From a virus (taxonomy: Duplodnaviria; Caudoviricetes), in the IMG/VR virus record IMGVR_UViG_3300017705_000783, positions 1 through 64,000 of that record: a stretch of DNA of 64,000 nucleotides, one strand, 5' to 3'. Under the pieces are notes generated by a model. That model was not told the origin of the DNA. It did no database searches and saw only the letters and a program-made list of their open reading frames with translations. Position numbers and translations under genes: made by a program. Shown piece by piece: positions 1-8,923 of the stretch; the first letter of the stretch is position 1; each line of letters starts with the position of its first letter.

Positions 1-923
1 CCTTGTAAATCCAAAGGCTTCAGATTATATCCTATATTAGAAAAAACATATTTATGGTCCACTATTCCATTATAATTAGGAAGCCAGTTATCAAATCTAT
101 TACAACAAGTCCCTTCAGGAAGCAAATTAGCAGCCCCCACACAATAGCAATCCCGTCCCCACCATGCAAAACTTCGGGCTATAGACACAAACTTACTGTT
201 ATTAGAAGAAACTAGACCACCCTCTCCTGTAGAAATGTGGTGAGCGGGATAAAAAGAATGAGAAGAAGCAACCGCATATTCAGACAATAGTTTACCTCTC
301 CACTTACTCCCCAAGCTATCGCAGTTATCTAAAAGTAACACAATATCCCGTTTCTCACAAATCCTAACCAACCTATCCATATCTACGGGATTACCCAGCA
401 CTGGAGAGAGGATTATAGCTTTAGTCCTTGGGGTGATGGCCGATTCTACTAACTCTAAATCAAAATTTAAAGTATCCAACTCTATGTCACAAAATATAGG
501 TTTTAAATTGTTCTGAATTATGGGAGCTAATGTAGTGGGAAATCCTACCACTGATAAAATAACTTCAGCATCGTCCTCCCACTCAAAGAGTTTTTTAGCC
601 GCCGCTAACATAACCAAATTTGCAGAACTACCTGAATTAACAGCTACAGCGTCCTTTTGGTTAAACACTCTACAAAACTTAACCTCAAACTTCCTTACCT
701 TCTCCCCTGAAGAGACCCATTTTCCAAAAAGAAGAGAATCTATAGCAGCTACAAATTCTTCTTCAGTCCAGTACGGGCCTGAATAATAAACATAATCTTT
801 TTCGGGATCAAACCCCTTAGAATGCTTATTATAAATTGATTTAAGAAAATTCTTCTCGGACGAAAAATCATCCACCAAATCTCTTATTTTTTTTCTTCTC
901 TCTATTTCAGTATAGTGTTCCAT
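1..923 (-). CDS. rfbH: DegT/DnrJ/EryC1/StrS-family PLP/PMP enzyme, RfbH/DdhC-like NDP-4-keto-6-deoxyhexose 3-dehydrase (3' end runs off the window; absent from the ORF track)
   Basis: Manual translation from the ATG at 923 is open to base 1: MEHYTEIERRKK...AVNSGSSANL...DNCDSLG...SFYPAHHISTGEGG...WGRDCYCVGAANLLPEGTCCNRF...DHKYVFSNIGYNLKPLDLQ. His at the usual Schiff-base Lys position plus a Cys cluster is the DdhC/RfbH signature. Confidence 0.88.
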   Translation of the reverse strand, partial: MEHYTEIERRKKIRDLVDDFSSEKNFLKSIYNKHSKGFDPEKDYVYYSGPYWTEEEFVAAIDSLLFGKWVSSGEKVRKFEVKFCRVFNQKDAVAVNSGSSANLVMLAAAKKLFEWEDDAEVILSVVGFPTTLAPIIQNNLKPIFCDIELDTLNFDLELVESAITPRTKAIILSPVLGNPVDMDRLVRICEKRDIVLLLDNCDSLGSKWRGKLLSEYAVASSHSFYPAHHISTGEGGLVSSNNSKFVSIARSFAWWGRDCYCVGAANLLPEGTCCNRFDNWLPNYNGIVDHKYVFSNIGYNLKPLDLQ

Positions 924-928
924 AAAAT

Positions 929-1606
929 TTACTTAACTATGAGAGAGTTATACAGTTCCCACTGATCAATACAAGAATCATGGATTTCAGGTGTCTTTGC
1001 TACGTTAAAAGTTCTACCCATAAAGGGGAGATCCTGATCAGGAAAATTAGATATATCATGCACATGCTGCCACTCACACCCCTTAGCTACAACACTACTC
1101 CATCCACAGGCCCAAGCTTTCAATCCCAACCCATGCTCATCTGCTAAGGGACCGTTTAAGAAGTTGTACCCTCCTATATCATTAATCATTTCTAATCTAT
1201 AAGCCAATAAAAATCCTTTAAGAGTGGGTCTTTTATGCTCTGGTCGGCCTCCTATCTCTACCCCAACTATCCCTACGTCCTCCTCTTTAAATTCTTTAAT
1301 CATCTTTTCATAAGTAGACGGACCCACTCGGCAATCGTCACTCAATGCTACCACAAAAGGAGACTCACATAAGTTAAATCCCGTATTAAATGCTCGGGCA
1401 CACCCTATATTTTGGGACATAATAGCATAGCGAGTAATTCTCTTGTCGGAAGAGCAATATTCTATAATTTTTTGAGTATCCTCACCATAAGGGTTAACCA
1501 CTACGCAGAACTCAGAAGGTAAATGAGTAGAGGCATATGCCTCCTCTACGCACTGTTGTAAATTAGATAAACTTTTCCATCCAGTAGTAAAAATAGAGTA
1601 TTCCAT
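929..1606 (-). CDS. Glycosyltransferase family 2 (GT-A)
   Basis: GT2-like N-terminus, NIGCARAFNTG and VVALSDDC (DxD-like) motifs. Confidence 0.75.
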   Translation of the reverse strand: MEYSIFTTGWKSLSNLQQCVEEAYASTHLPSEFCVVVNPYGEDTQKIIEYCSSDKRITRYAIMSQNIGCARAFNTGFNLCESPFVVALSDDCRVGPSTYEKMIKEFKEEDVGIVGVEIGGRPEHKRPTLKGFLLAYRLEMINDIGGYNFLNGPLADEHGLGLKAWACGWSSVVAKGCEWQHVHDISNFPDQDLPFMGRTFNVAKTPEIHDSCIDQWELYNSLIVK

Positions 1607-2506
1607 TTAATTTTCCTCAGTATAAACTTCGATTTGTTCCTTTAGGTATCTGTCAAAAGAGATGTATTTATGTGCAATTTCAAAATTATTTTTAATAGCT
1701 TCTCTCCTACTATCATAGTCTTCGACGCTCAAATTATCCAACACTTCTTCAAGGTCATCTAAATTAGAAAATTCTAAACATCCATCTATATCGAAGAACT
1801 CTCCCACGTTCGTAGGGCTCCATACTATGGGAACTGTTCCCGTGAAAAAACAATTTAATAGTTTCTCATCAAAATAATTTTTACACCTAATGCTATGAAT
1901 TACCATAGCATATCTATAATCTTTGAAAGCTCTAAAAAGATTTCCAGTAACTTTCAAATAAGCTCCTTTCAATGTCTCCGTAGATTCATTCTTATAGTCC
2001 TCATATAAATTTTTATAAAAAGGGCCATAACAATCCATCTTATTCCCATATTGCTTTATAACTTCATGCCTTAGTCTATGCCCTTCGGCCCACACCTTCT
2101 CACTCGCTACAATAGAAAGTGATTTACTTTTATTATATATTTTTATGTCTTCTTTTAAAATATATGCTCCTGCTAGGAATGGAAACAATCTAAATTTAGA
2201 AGAGATACTTAGAAGACGTTCATCATGAGTGAATATAGCGTCAAACTTATTTACTAAGTTTGGATTCTCCGCTAAAGCCATATAAGCATCAGGTTTAATG
2301 GATTTAGGTTCTATAAATAGCCCAAATTTATATTTAGAGGAGACCTGATCAACAACAGGATGAAGTATTAGCTCGTCTGTAAAGACTGTTGGCCCGTCAA
2401 ACTCTAAAAGAGGAGGACGGATGTATTCTACATCATTGCAAGGTTGCCATCCGTTAAACCATAGATTACAGGAAGGATTATTAGTATCAAATAAATTAAT
2501 TTTCAT
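1607..2506 (-). CDS. Putative glycosyltransferase, GT10/fucosyltransferase-like (GT-B)
   Basis: C-terminal NYFDEKLLNCFFTGTVPIVW resembles the GT10 Y(I/V)TEK...G.VPIV motif. Confidence 0.55.
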   Translation of the reverse strand: MKINLFDTNNPSCNLWFNGWQPCNDVEYIRPPLLEFDGPTVFTDELILHPVVDQVSSKYKFGLFIEPKSIKPDAYMALAENPNLVNKFDAIFTHDERLLSISSKFRLFPFLAGAYILKEDIKIYNKSKSLSIVASEKVWAEGHRLRHEVIKQYGNKMDCYGPFYKNLYEDYKNESTETLKGAYLKVTGNLFRAFKDYRYAMVIHSIRCKNYFDEKLLNCFFTGTVPIVWSPTNVGEFFDIDGCLEFSNLDDLEEVLDNLSVEDYDSRREAIKNNFEIAHKYISFDRYLKEQIEVYTEEN

Positions 2507-3287
2507 AGAGGTAACTATAATCCTTAGAAACTGCGTTAACTTTTCCTTCTTCGGTAAATTCCCCTTCTATACCATACAAACAAGGTCCCGCATAATGAAT
2601 AAAATTAGCTTCATATCTGTGGTTATCTGAATCATATTCGCCCAAACTTATCCTATTAAAGGAATGATCTAAAGATTCATTGGGAATATTATATTTTTGA
2701 ATCAAAGCATTAAAATAAGTTTGATCATTAAAATCATATATATTTTCACAATCTTTTAATGATAATAATTTTTCCTCATCCGTTATCCACGAACTACTAT
2801 CCTTCCCGAATAGCATCACACCCATATTGTAATAAACATGTTTCTCTCTTTCATTCTTTTTCCAAGGGAAAGGCTCGTCTAAATTTTCAATAACTCTTTT
2901 AACGTAAGGGTCTCTATCCATAACGTCTTCATCTCCTCCGTATAAAGTTTTTCCCGTTATCCCTACCTCTTGGCTTTCATCGTAGCCATAATATTTCTCA
3001 GGATCAGGATACTCTTCAAATATATTTTTTGCATGAGGGGTAATTAAAACATCTGCGTCTAAGTAAAGAACCTGGTCAAAATCCTGGTCAAATAGCTGAC
3101 GAATCTGTAGCTTCTCAAAGAAAAAGTTAGCGGTGGGATTGGGTCCGTAAGGCCACCCAGTAATCATCTGCTGGGATATGAAGTGCTGGATGTCGTACTT
3201 TTCACAATAAGAGTGTTGTGATTGTAAACATTTTTGCCAGTGGGGTCTAACTCCTCCAATACATAAATTAAAAATAGCTTTTTTCAT
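2496..3287 (-). CDS. Glycosyltransferase, GT8/GT34-like (GT-A)
   Basis: VLYLDADV (DxD), YYNMGVMLF, NDQTYFN and FIHYAG motifs. Confidence 0.75.
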   Translation of the reverse strand: MKKAIFNLCIGGVRPHWQKCLQSQHSYCEKYDIQHFISQQMITGWPYGPNPTANFFFEKLQIRQLFDQDFDQVLYLDADVLITPHAKNIFEEYPDPEKYYGYDESQEVGITGKTLYGGDEDVMDRDPYVKRVIENLDEPFPWKKNEREKHVYYNMGVMLFGKDSSSWITDEEKLLSLKDCENIYDFNDQTYFNALIQKYNIPNESLDHSFNRISLGEYDSDNHRYEANFIHYAGPCLYGIEGEFTEEGKVNAVSKDYSYLYEN

Positions 3288-3298
3288 AAGAAAGTTCC

Positions 3299-3610
3299 TT
3301 ATAACTCAACACATTTATCTTCAAAGAATACATCATAGTAAGGTTTCCCCATGCGTAACTCATGATACTTAGCTCCCCACTTCTTCAATTGATCACGAGT
3401 TACGTCATAGCATAATTCATAAGCTTTATGTATATTACCTTTGGCTCTGGTCATGCCTCTTGCTGTCCAGTAAATAATAGTGTGCCCTTCTTCATATAAT
3501 TCATTAATTTTATTTATCTTACTTAAAAAAGGATAACACTCTTCGTACTTACCCTTTGTGTCACTACAAATAGTACCATCAATATCCACAAAGTAAATCA
3601 TTTTATCCAT
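3299..3610 (-). CDS. Small HAD-superfamily phosphatase (capsule-biosynthesis phosphatase-like)
   Basis: YFVDIDGTI (DxDGT), YWTARG, GKP and EDK motifs. Confidence 0.8.
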   Translation of the reverse strand: MDKMIYFVDIDGTICSDTKGKYEECYPFLSKINKINELYEEGHTIIYWTARGMTRAKGNIHKAYELCYDVTRDQLKKWGAKYHELRMGKPYYDVFFEDKCVEL

Positions 3611-4263
3611 TCTCTAAAATCGTTTAGAAACTCTTCCACAGACGTATCGGTAGACGGGTGAATCATCATTTTCCTTATCACAGAAAATCCAGCGGTTACA
3701 ATATGGGAACCAGCATCCCACGCATCGGATACGTCCTTTGCGCTTCTAATGCTCCCAGAAATAATCTCACAGTTAAGTTCGTTGGTTTCTATAAATTGAC
3801 GTACCTTCTTAATAACCTCAATAGGATCTCCTCCGCAATCTAAAAGACGATTATAGAATAAGGATACATACCTAGCTCCAGACAAAGCAGCCATCTCCAT
3901 CTGAGTTGCCGTGAAGCAACAAGTACAATTGACAGCTACCCCAGAGGAACTGAGCTTATTTATAATTTTTAACTCCTCGTACCCTACAGGAATTTTTATA
4001 TTTACGTTTGTATAGTCGCTTTCCTTATAGATAGAAAAAGCCTGTTCATACATTTCAGAGGGGGTTTCGGCAAACACTTCTACACTTAAAGGGACCCTTT
4101 TGATCTCCTTACACAAAGAAACAATCTTCTTTATGTGCTTGATAAAATTCTCCTTCGGTTCCTTCGATAAAAGAGAGGGATTAGTGGTTACTCCTTCAAC
4201 AGCACCTGTGCTTAACGAATTTTCTATATCATTTAAATTAGCGGTATCTATAAATAACTTCAT
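3598..4263 (-). CDS. tal: Transaldolase (short TalC/MipB subfamily)
   Basis: LFIDTA, GVTTNPSLL, SVEV, Schiff-base VNIKIP, VNCT, YVSLF. Glu in SVEV and Phe in SLF are the transaldolase pair; fructose-6-P aldolase has Gln/Tyr. Confidence 0.9.
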   Translation of the reverse strand: MKLFIDTANLNDIENSLSTGAVEGVTTNPSLLSKEPKENFIKHIKKIVSLCKEIKRVPLSVEVFAETPSEMYEQAFSIYKESDYTNVNIKIPVGYEELKIINKLSSSGVAVNCTCCFTATQMEMAALSGARYVSLFYNRLLDCGGDPIEVIKKVRQFIETNELNCEIISGSIRSAKDVSDAWDAGSHIVTAGFSVIRKMMIHPSTDTSVEEFLNDFREWIK

Positions 4264-4676
4264 TTTTCTATATGCCTATACTTTCTTCCATCTTCAACCA
4301 GATGTGAATCCGAATCATCATCCTTTGTAGAAACTTCAATAATTATTACATCTTCTTCTGCAATTCTCATGTGCATCAACCCCACTGGGATATGAAAGAT
4401 GTCTCCCTCGTTTAAAATAACAGACTTATTTTCTGCTCTCCCAACCCGTAGCCCTACCTTAAGCCTACCCTTTTCAATGTAATAAGATTCTTCCTTCTTA
4501 ACATGATACTCTAAGCTGCTTTGTGTATTTGCCCTCATAAAAATACGTTTTACCGTATAATTATCGCCCTCAAAAATAGTGTGCATCTCCCCCCAGTATT
4601 TTTTTATACTTTTCAGTGGTTTGCATACAGGAGGTAAAATTTGAATACCGTAAGATATTTCAGTATTATTGTCCAT
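4260..4676 (-). CDS. Cupin-fold sugar(-phosphate) isomerase (mannose-6-P isomerase type II C-terminal / lyxose isomerase-like)
   Basis: KYWG, SLEYHVKKEESYY and GDIFHIPVGLMH cupin metal motifs. Start placed at ATG 4676 behind GGAGG; the ORF track starts at 4715. Confidence 0.75.
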   Translation of the reverse strand: MDNNTEISYGIQILPPVCKPLKSIKKYWGEMHTIFEGDNYTVKRIFMRANTQSSLEYHVKKEESYYIEKGRLKVGLRVGRAENKSVILNEGDIFHIPVGLMHMRIAEEDVIIIEVSTKDDDSDSHLVEDGRKYRHIEK

Positions 4677-4677
4677 G

Positions 4678-5601
4678 CTACTTCGTTCCTCCGTGATTTT
4701 TAGATAGAAACTCATTTAAATCTCCCATATTAGGGGTTCTGGTTCCTATGTTAGTAGTTGATAGTGCAGCCCATGCGTTACAAAAAGCCAATGCTTCTAT
4801 TATTGACAGGTGGGATACAATACATAAAGAAAAGGCAGCAAGAAAGGCATCCCCTGCTCCGCAAGGGTCAACGCACTTAGCCTTGTACCCTGCATGGGAT
4901 ATCTCTGTATTAAAATCAGAGAATGAACACCCCTCCGCTCCCAAAGTGGTACACCCCACAAAAGATTTTCCGTATCCCTCAGATTCCTCCTTATTCATGC
5001 ACATATAATCAGAATTTTCAAATAACAAATATCTATTTTTTCTATCCGACATCTGTGAGCTAGATATGACGGGGATACCATAAGTATGAGCAGTCTCAAT
5101 AATATAATCAACTTCCCCAAACATACCTAATCCATAATCAACAAGAACTACAGAATCTATATTTTTCATGTGATGCTCTATCGTTGGAATACGGTGAGAA
5201 TAAGGTGTAGAACTAGTTTTATTTATTTGAAGATATTTATACCGTTCTTCTCCTTTAGTGGACCAAATTCTAGTTTTAACATTATTATCTGTATCCACCA
5301 AAAGGGGAGAAAACCAAAACTTATCGCTACTTTTTTTCCACTCTGTAAAATACCTTTTGTAACTATCATTTCCTAGAGGAGTAAGAAACCTACAAGAAGC
5401 TCCCAAGGCTAGTATATTCTCGACCACATTAGCGGCTCCCCCCAAACTTACGGATCTCTCAACTTCTTTCAGCTTTAGAGTTGGGGATTCCAAAGAGACC
5501 CCCACAGCTTCGCCAATAATAGTCTCATCAATGATACTATCCCCGATAACTAAAATATTTTTATTCTTAAAATTCATTATCGGGATGCTCATAGAGCCCA
5601 T
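4678..5601 (-). CDS. PfkB-family sugar kinase, HldE/RfaE domain I (heptose-7-phosphate kinase-like)
   Basis: ILVIGDSIID, SLGGAANV and DPCGAGDAF motifs. The true start may be 5592 or 5577. Confidence 0.85.
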   Translation of the reverse strand: MGSMSIPIMNFKNKNILVIGDSIIDETIIGEAVGVSLESPTLKLKEVERSVSLGGAANVVENILALGASCRFLTPLGNDSYKRYFTEWKKSSDKFWFSPLLVDTDNNVKTRIWSTKGEERYKYLQINKTSSTPYSHRIPTIEHHMKNIDSVVLVDYGLGMFGEVDYIIETAHTYGIPVISSSQMSDRKNRYLLFENSDYMCMNKEESEGYGKSFVGCTTLGAEGCSFSDFNTEISHAGYKAKCVDPCGAGDAFLAAFSLCIVSHLSIIEALAFCNAWAALSTTNIGTRTPNMGDLNEFLSKNHGGTK

Positions 5602-6457
5602 TCTCCAAAGTATCCAACCGTTGTATTTTACGAATTGTGTCAGTGGTAGAATAGTTCTGTACTAGAGGAAAAATATTAACTTGAACATCCTCAGGAATAT
5701 TGTCACGATGGCGAACTTCGTCGGCACTCCATTCTCCTCCCTTCACAACAATATTGGGAGAAATTTTATTACGAACCTCTTTTAAATTACCATCAAAAAT
5801 AATAACCTCATCAACTTCAATTAATGATTCTAAAAGTTTCTTTCTATTATCTTCGTTATTAATAGGTCTAGTTTTTCCTTTTAACTTTCGTACTGATTTA
5901 TCACTGTTAATGGCTACTACTAACCTACCCCCTAACCTTTTAGAAAATTGCAGTAGCTCTAGATGCCCAGTATGGAGAATATCAAAAACTCCGTTAGTAA
6001 ATATTATTTTTTGGGGGGAGTTATCTAATTTTGACAACCGTTTATTATGCCTTCCCTCCCCAAAGGACTCATTCAACCATATATCAACGATTTCCTGATT
6101 TGTATCATAAGAATTAGACCAGCTACCTAAACAGAGAATATTAGAATCATTATGCTCTCTACATTTGGCCGCAGTATCTATATTGTGAACTAACGCCGCC
6201 CTAACACCCTCATACCGATTAGCAGCAATACTCATGCCAACACCTGTACCACATAAAAGTATTCCTCTAAAAGAAGAATTACTGTTTATGATCTGACTAA
6301 GCTGTTTAGCATAGTCCGCGTAATCCACGCTTTTCAGAGTGTCATGCGGACCCAGATCAATTACGGTGAACCCCTTTGATTTTAGGCTATCGGATATTGA
6401 TAGTTTTTGTGACACTCCGTTATGGTCTGCGCCTAAAATTATAATATTATTTTTCAT
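5567..6457 (-). CDS. Fusion of RpiB-family sugar-phosphate isomerase (N-terminal) and HldE/RfaE domain II nucleotidyltransferase (C-terminal)
   Basis: N-terminal GADHNG, VDYADY, CGTGVGMSIAANR, REHNDSNILCLG, GRHNKR; C-terminal FTNGVFDILHTGH, VAINSDKSVRKLKG..RPI, KGGEW, YSTT. Confidence 0.9.
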   Translation of the reverse strand: MKNNIIILGADHNGVSQKLSISDSLKSKGFTVIDLGPHDTLKSVDYADYAKQLSQIINSNSSFRGILLCGTGVGMSIAANRYEGVRAALVHNIDTAAKCREHNDSNILCLGSWSNSYDTNQEIVDIWLNESFGEGRHNKRLSKLDNSPQKIIFTNGVFDILHTGHLELLQFSKRLGGRLVVAINSDKSVRKLKGKTRPINNEDNRKKLLESLIEVDEVIIFDGNLKEVRNKISPNIVVKGGEWSADEVRHRDNIPEDVQVNIFPLVQNYSTTDTIRKIQRLDTLENGLYEHPDNEF

Positions 6458-7442
6458 GAAAAAAGTCCCTGTAAGTATATTGAGCTAGTTTAACTGGGTC
6501 AACAGTTTCGCACGAGGTGTCACAAGTAGCGGATAAATCTTCCCATCCTCTAAGCTTCTTCATCTGCTCCCCACAACGTAGGGTGCATTTGGAATGAAGG
6601 TCCCAATATAGAGTAGTATTTTTACTAGCGTAGTGATATAATTTGTTTATAGTTTGAGCAGCCAATAAGACTATATCCTTATCCTGAGAATTAAATATAT
6701 GGTGCATCCCCCCATCAGCCAACACCGTAACTCTCGGCTTTGCAGCTTCGTAGGCAAGATCTTTCCACGGCATATGACCCACATGGACATCCCCAAAGTT
6801 TAAGAAATCTTTTGAGAACTCCATAATCTTAATATCAGGATCAAGTCGTTTAATCTCATCTACGAACTCTCTCCACGACCCTCCCTGATCTCCATTAAAT
6901 CTGAATCCTTTTCCATCGCAGCCTGGATGGGCCGTAGGATTGGTCGGAGTGATTTTCTGTGCGGGTACAATGGCTAAAGTCTTCTCCTCTACTGGAGGCT
7001 TCTCTATAAATATTTTTGGAAAAAGATCAGTACCATCGTGTAGATATTTCTCTAACCCTAACTGGAGCACGGAATTCAAATATAGTAAATTTGCAGTAGG
7101 ATGTTTGTAAAGATAATCAAAGTTATCATTCCAGTAGTCCCAGCAGCGCGGGTGACGCTCCGCAAAAAGAACAAACATATTTTCTGGTAGATTCTTCCTG
7201 CCGTTATTGGCCTCTTGCTTCCAAAAATCATAAGTACCAATTAAATTTTCATTGGGATTGGCTATCTCATCCACTAAGGGGTTATCCCTCATAATATCAA
7301 CTAACTCACCTACAGTAATAACTACCAGTTTTGAGTCGGGGTACTCTTTCTTTAGGAGAGTGGGAGCAAAAGACCAATGTACAGAATCTCCCAAATTTTG
7401 AGGATAGAACCATCTAGGAATTACTAAATAAATTGTTTCCAT
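6447..7442 (-). CDS. Glycosyltransferase family 9 (heptosyltransferase-like)
   Basis: NLGDSVH...PTLLKKEYPDSKL at the N-terminus and LADGGMHH (cf. GT9 DSGxMH) near the C-terminus. Confidence 0.65.
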   Translation of the reverse strand: METIYLVIPRWFYPQNLGDSVHWSFAPTLLKKEYPDSKLVVITVGELVDIMRDNPLVDEIANPNENLIGTYDFWKQEANNGRKNLPENMFVLFAERHPRCWDYWNDNFDYLYKHPTANLLYLNSVLQLGLEKYLHDGTDLFPKIFIEKPPVEEKTLAIVPAQKITPTNPTAHPGCDGKGFRFNGDQGGSWREFVDEIKRLDPDIKIMEFSKDFLNFGDVHVGHMPWKDLAYEAAKPRVTVLADGGMHHIFNSQDKDIVLLAAQTINKLYHYASKNTTLYWDLHSKCTLRCGEQMKKLRGWEDLSATCDTSCETVDPVKLAQYTYRDFFHEK

Positions 7443-7444
7443 TT

Positions 7445-8923
7445 TTATTTACTTCTCCTTAAAATACTTCTCGGGAGATCCCCTTGACCCATGCTATGCT
7501 CAAACTTTACAAACCCACCAGCAGGATTAAAAGGAATGTTTAGTGTGTCTCTAACCTCGGCTTCCAACTTCTCTCTTTCTATTACTAAATCATTAGCAGA
7601 AATATGATCAGTCCAAACATAAGATTTATACCCACCATCTGGATCTCCCTTATAATAGTCGGGTTCCTCTAAATAATTCAAATCCTTTTGGTACAATTTA
7701 TCCCCCGTGCGGGGTTGAGTGTATACATAATAATCTTTCTCTTTAATAGCTTCATCAAAGTAAGGGGAACCTGGGTAAGTAGTTATGATGGTGCAATCAA
7801 AATCTTCTGGTTCGTTTTCAAGTAACCAATTCTTCGTATTCTCTATAGTTTCCTTACTCTCTCCCGCATGGCCGATGGACATGAGAGCTTTCACTTTTAA
7901 TCCAGCATTCTTAGCGTACTGTACACACTTAGTGTTGGCAGCTACATCAGCATTCTTCTCTATGTTGGTCAGGATACTCTCGTCACCAGACTCAAATCCA
8001 GTTAAAAGCCATCGGAATCCTGCTGCATACATTAGGTCCGCTTGTCTCTGGGTGAATAATTCAGCCTTTACAAATCCTCTAAACATGAACTGTTCATTAA
8101 CTTCTTTTTGTAAGGCAATCAACCTCTCTAAAAGAGATTCCCACTCTTTATTTACATTCAACTCATCATCATAAAACATAAAACCAGTAAATCCATAAGT
8201 ATCATATAGATGACGAACTTCATCCACCACAGAATCAGATGATCGAGTACGAATTTTTCTTAAGAAAGGAGAATTTCTACCACCACAAAAGGTACACTTA
8301 AAAGGACATCCTAATTGACAAATTAAACTCGTAGCTTTAGCTCCCTCGATACTGTAATGATAAGAGTCCATATCCACTAAATGCCGTGCAGGAAGAGGAA
8401 GATCCTCTAACTCATCATTAGTAAGAAATAACCCGCCCTTGGGAACATCAGCATCCACTATACCCCTATCAGTGTCAAGAGCTTCAAAAATAGCTTTCTC
8501 CCCATCCCCAGCAACCAGAACATCGAAAGTATCTAACAACGCTCCAATATCCCGTGTGGCTCTTCCAGAAAACTTTTCTTTCTTTGCAGCAGAGTTCATA
8601 AGGGAGGGATGGGGACCTCCTAAGATAATTTTAGACTCTGGGGCAAGTTCTCGTATATTATTAGCTATCTTAAAAGCAAAAGGTATTTGAGGGGTGGTTG
8701 CTGTTAGACCAAAAGTTTTAATAAATGGATTTTGATTTAAATAAGTATCCAATACTTCTTCACAATTCTTTACCCCAGCTAAATCTAGAAAATCAACAAA
8801 ATATCCCCTCTCCTCTAAAGCCGCTGCTACTTTTAGAATACCTATATGAAGAAAAACTCGTTCATCCAGTAAAAAGGGAGAAGGTGGAGTAATAAAACAA
8901 ATAGTTTTATTTACTGATAACAT
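7445..8923 (-). CDS. Cobalamin-binding radical SAM enzyme (class B methyltransferase-like)
   Basis: N-terminal B12-binding domain (GLTATTPQ, IILGGPHPS, VAGDGE), CPFKCTFC CxxxCxxC motif, FYDDEL, GFESG. Confidence 0.9.
   Translation of the reverse strand: MLSVNKTICFITPPSPFLLDERVFLHIGILKVAAALEERGYFVDFLDLAGVKNCEEVLDTYLNQNPFIKTFGLTATTPQIPFAFKIANNIRELAPESKIILGGPHPSLMNSAAKKEKFSGRATRDIGALLDTFDVLVAGDGEKAIFEALDTDRGIVDADVPKGGLFLTNDELEDLPLPARHLVDMDSYHYSIEGAKATSLICQLGCPFKCTFCGGRNSPFLRKIRTRSSDSVVDEVRHLYDTYGFTGFMFYDDELNVNKEWESLLERLIALQKEVNEQFMFRGFVKAELFTQRQADLMYAAGFRWLLTGFESGDESILTNIEKNADVAANTKCVQYAKNAGLKVKALMSIGHAGESKETIENTKNWLLENEPEDFDCTIITTYPGSPYFDEAIKEKDYYVYTQPRTGDKLYQKDLNYLEEPDYYKGDPDGGYKSYVWTDHISANDLVIEREKLEAEVRDTLNIPFNPAGGFVKFEHSMGQGDLPRSILRRSK

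Noticed and set aside
3598-4263. Transaldolase as evidence that this is a cyanophage
   Set aside because: No psbA, hli, cp12, zwf or gnd in the window, the replicase is PolA, and the gene is embedded in a sugar-nucleotide operon.
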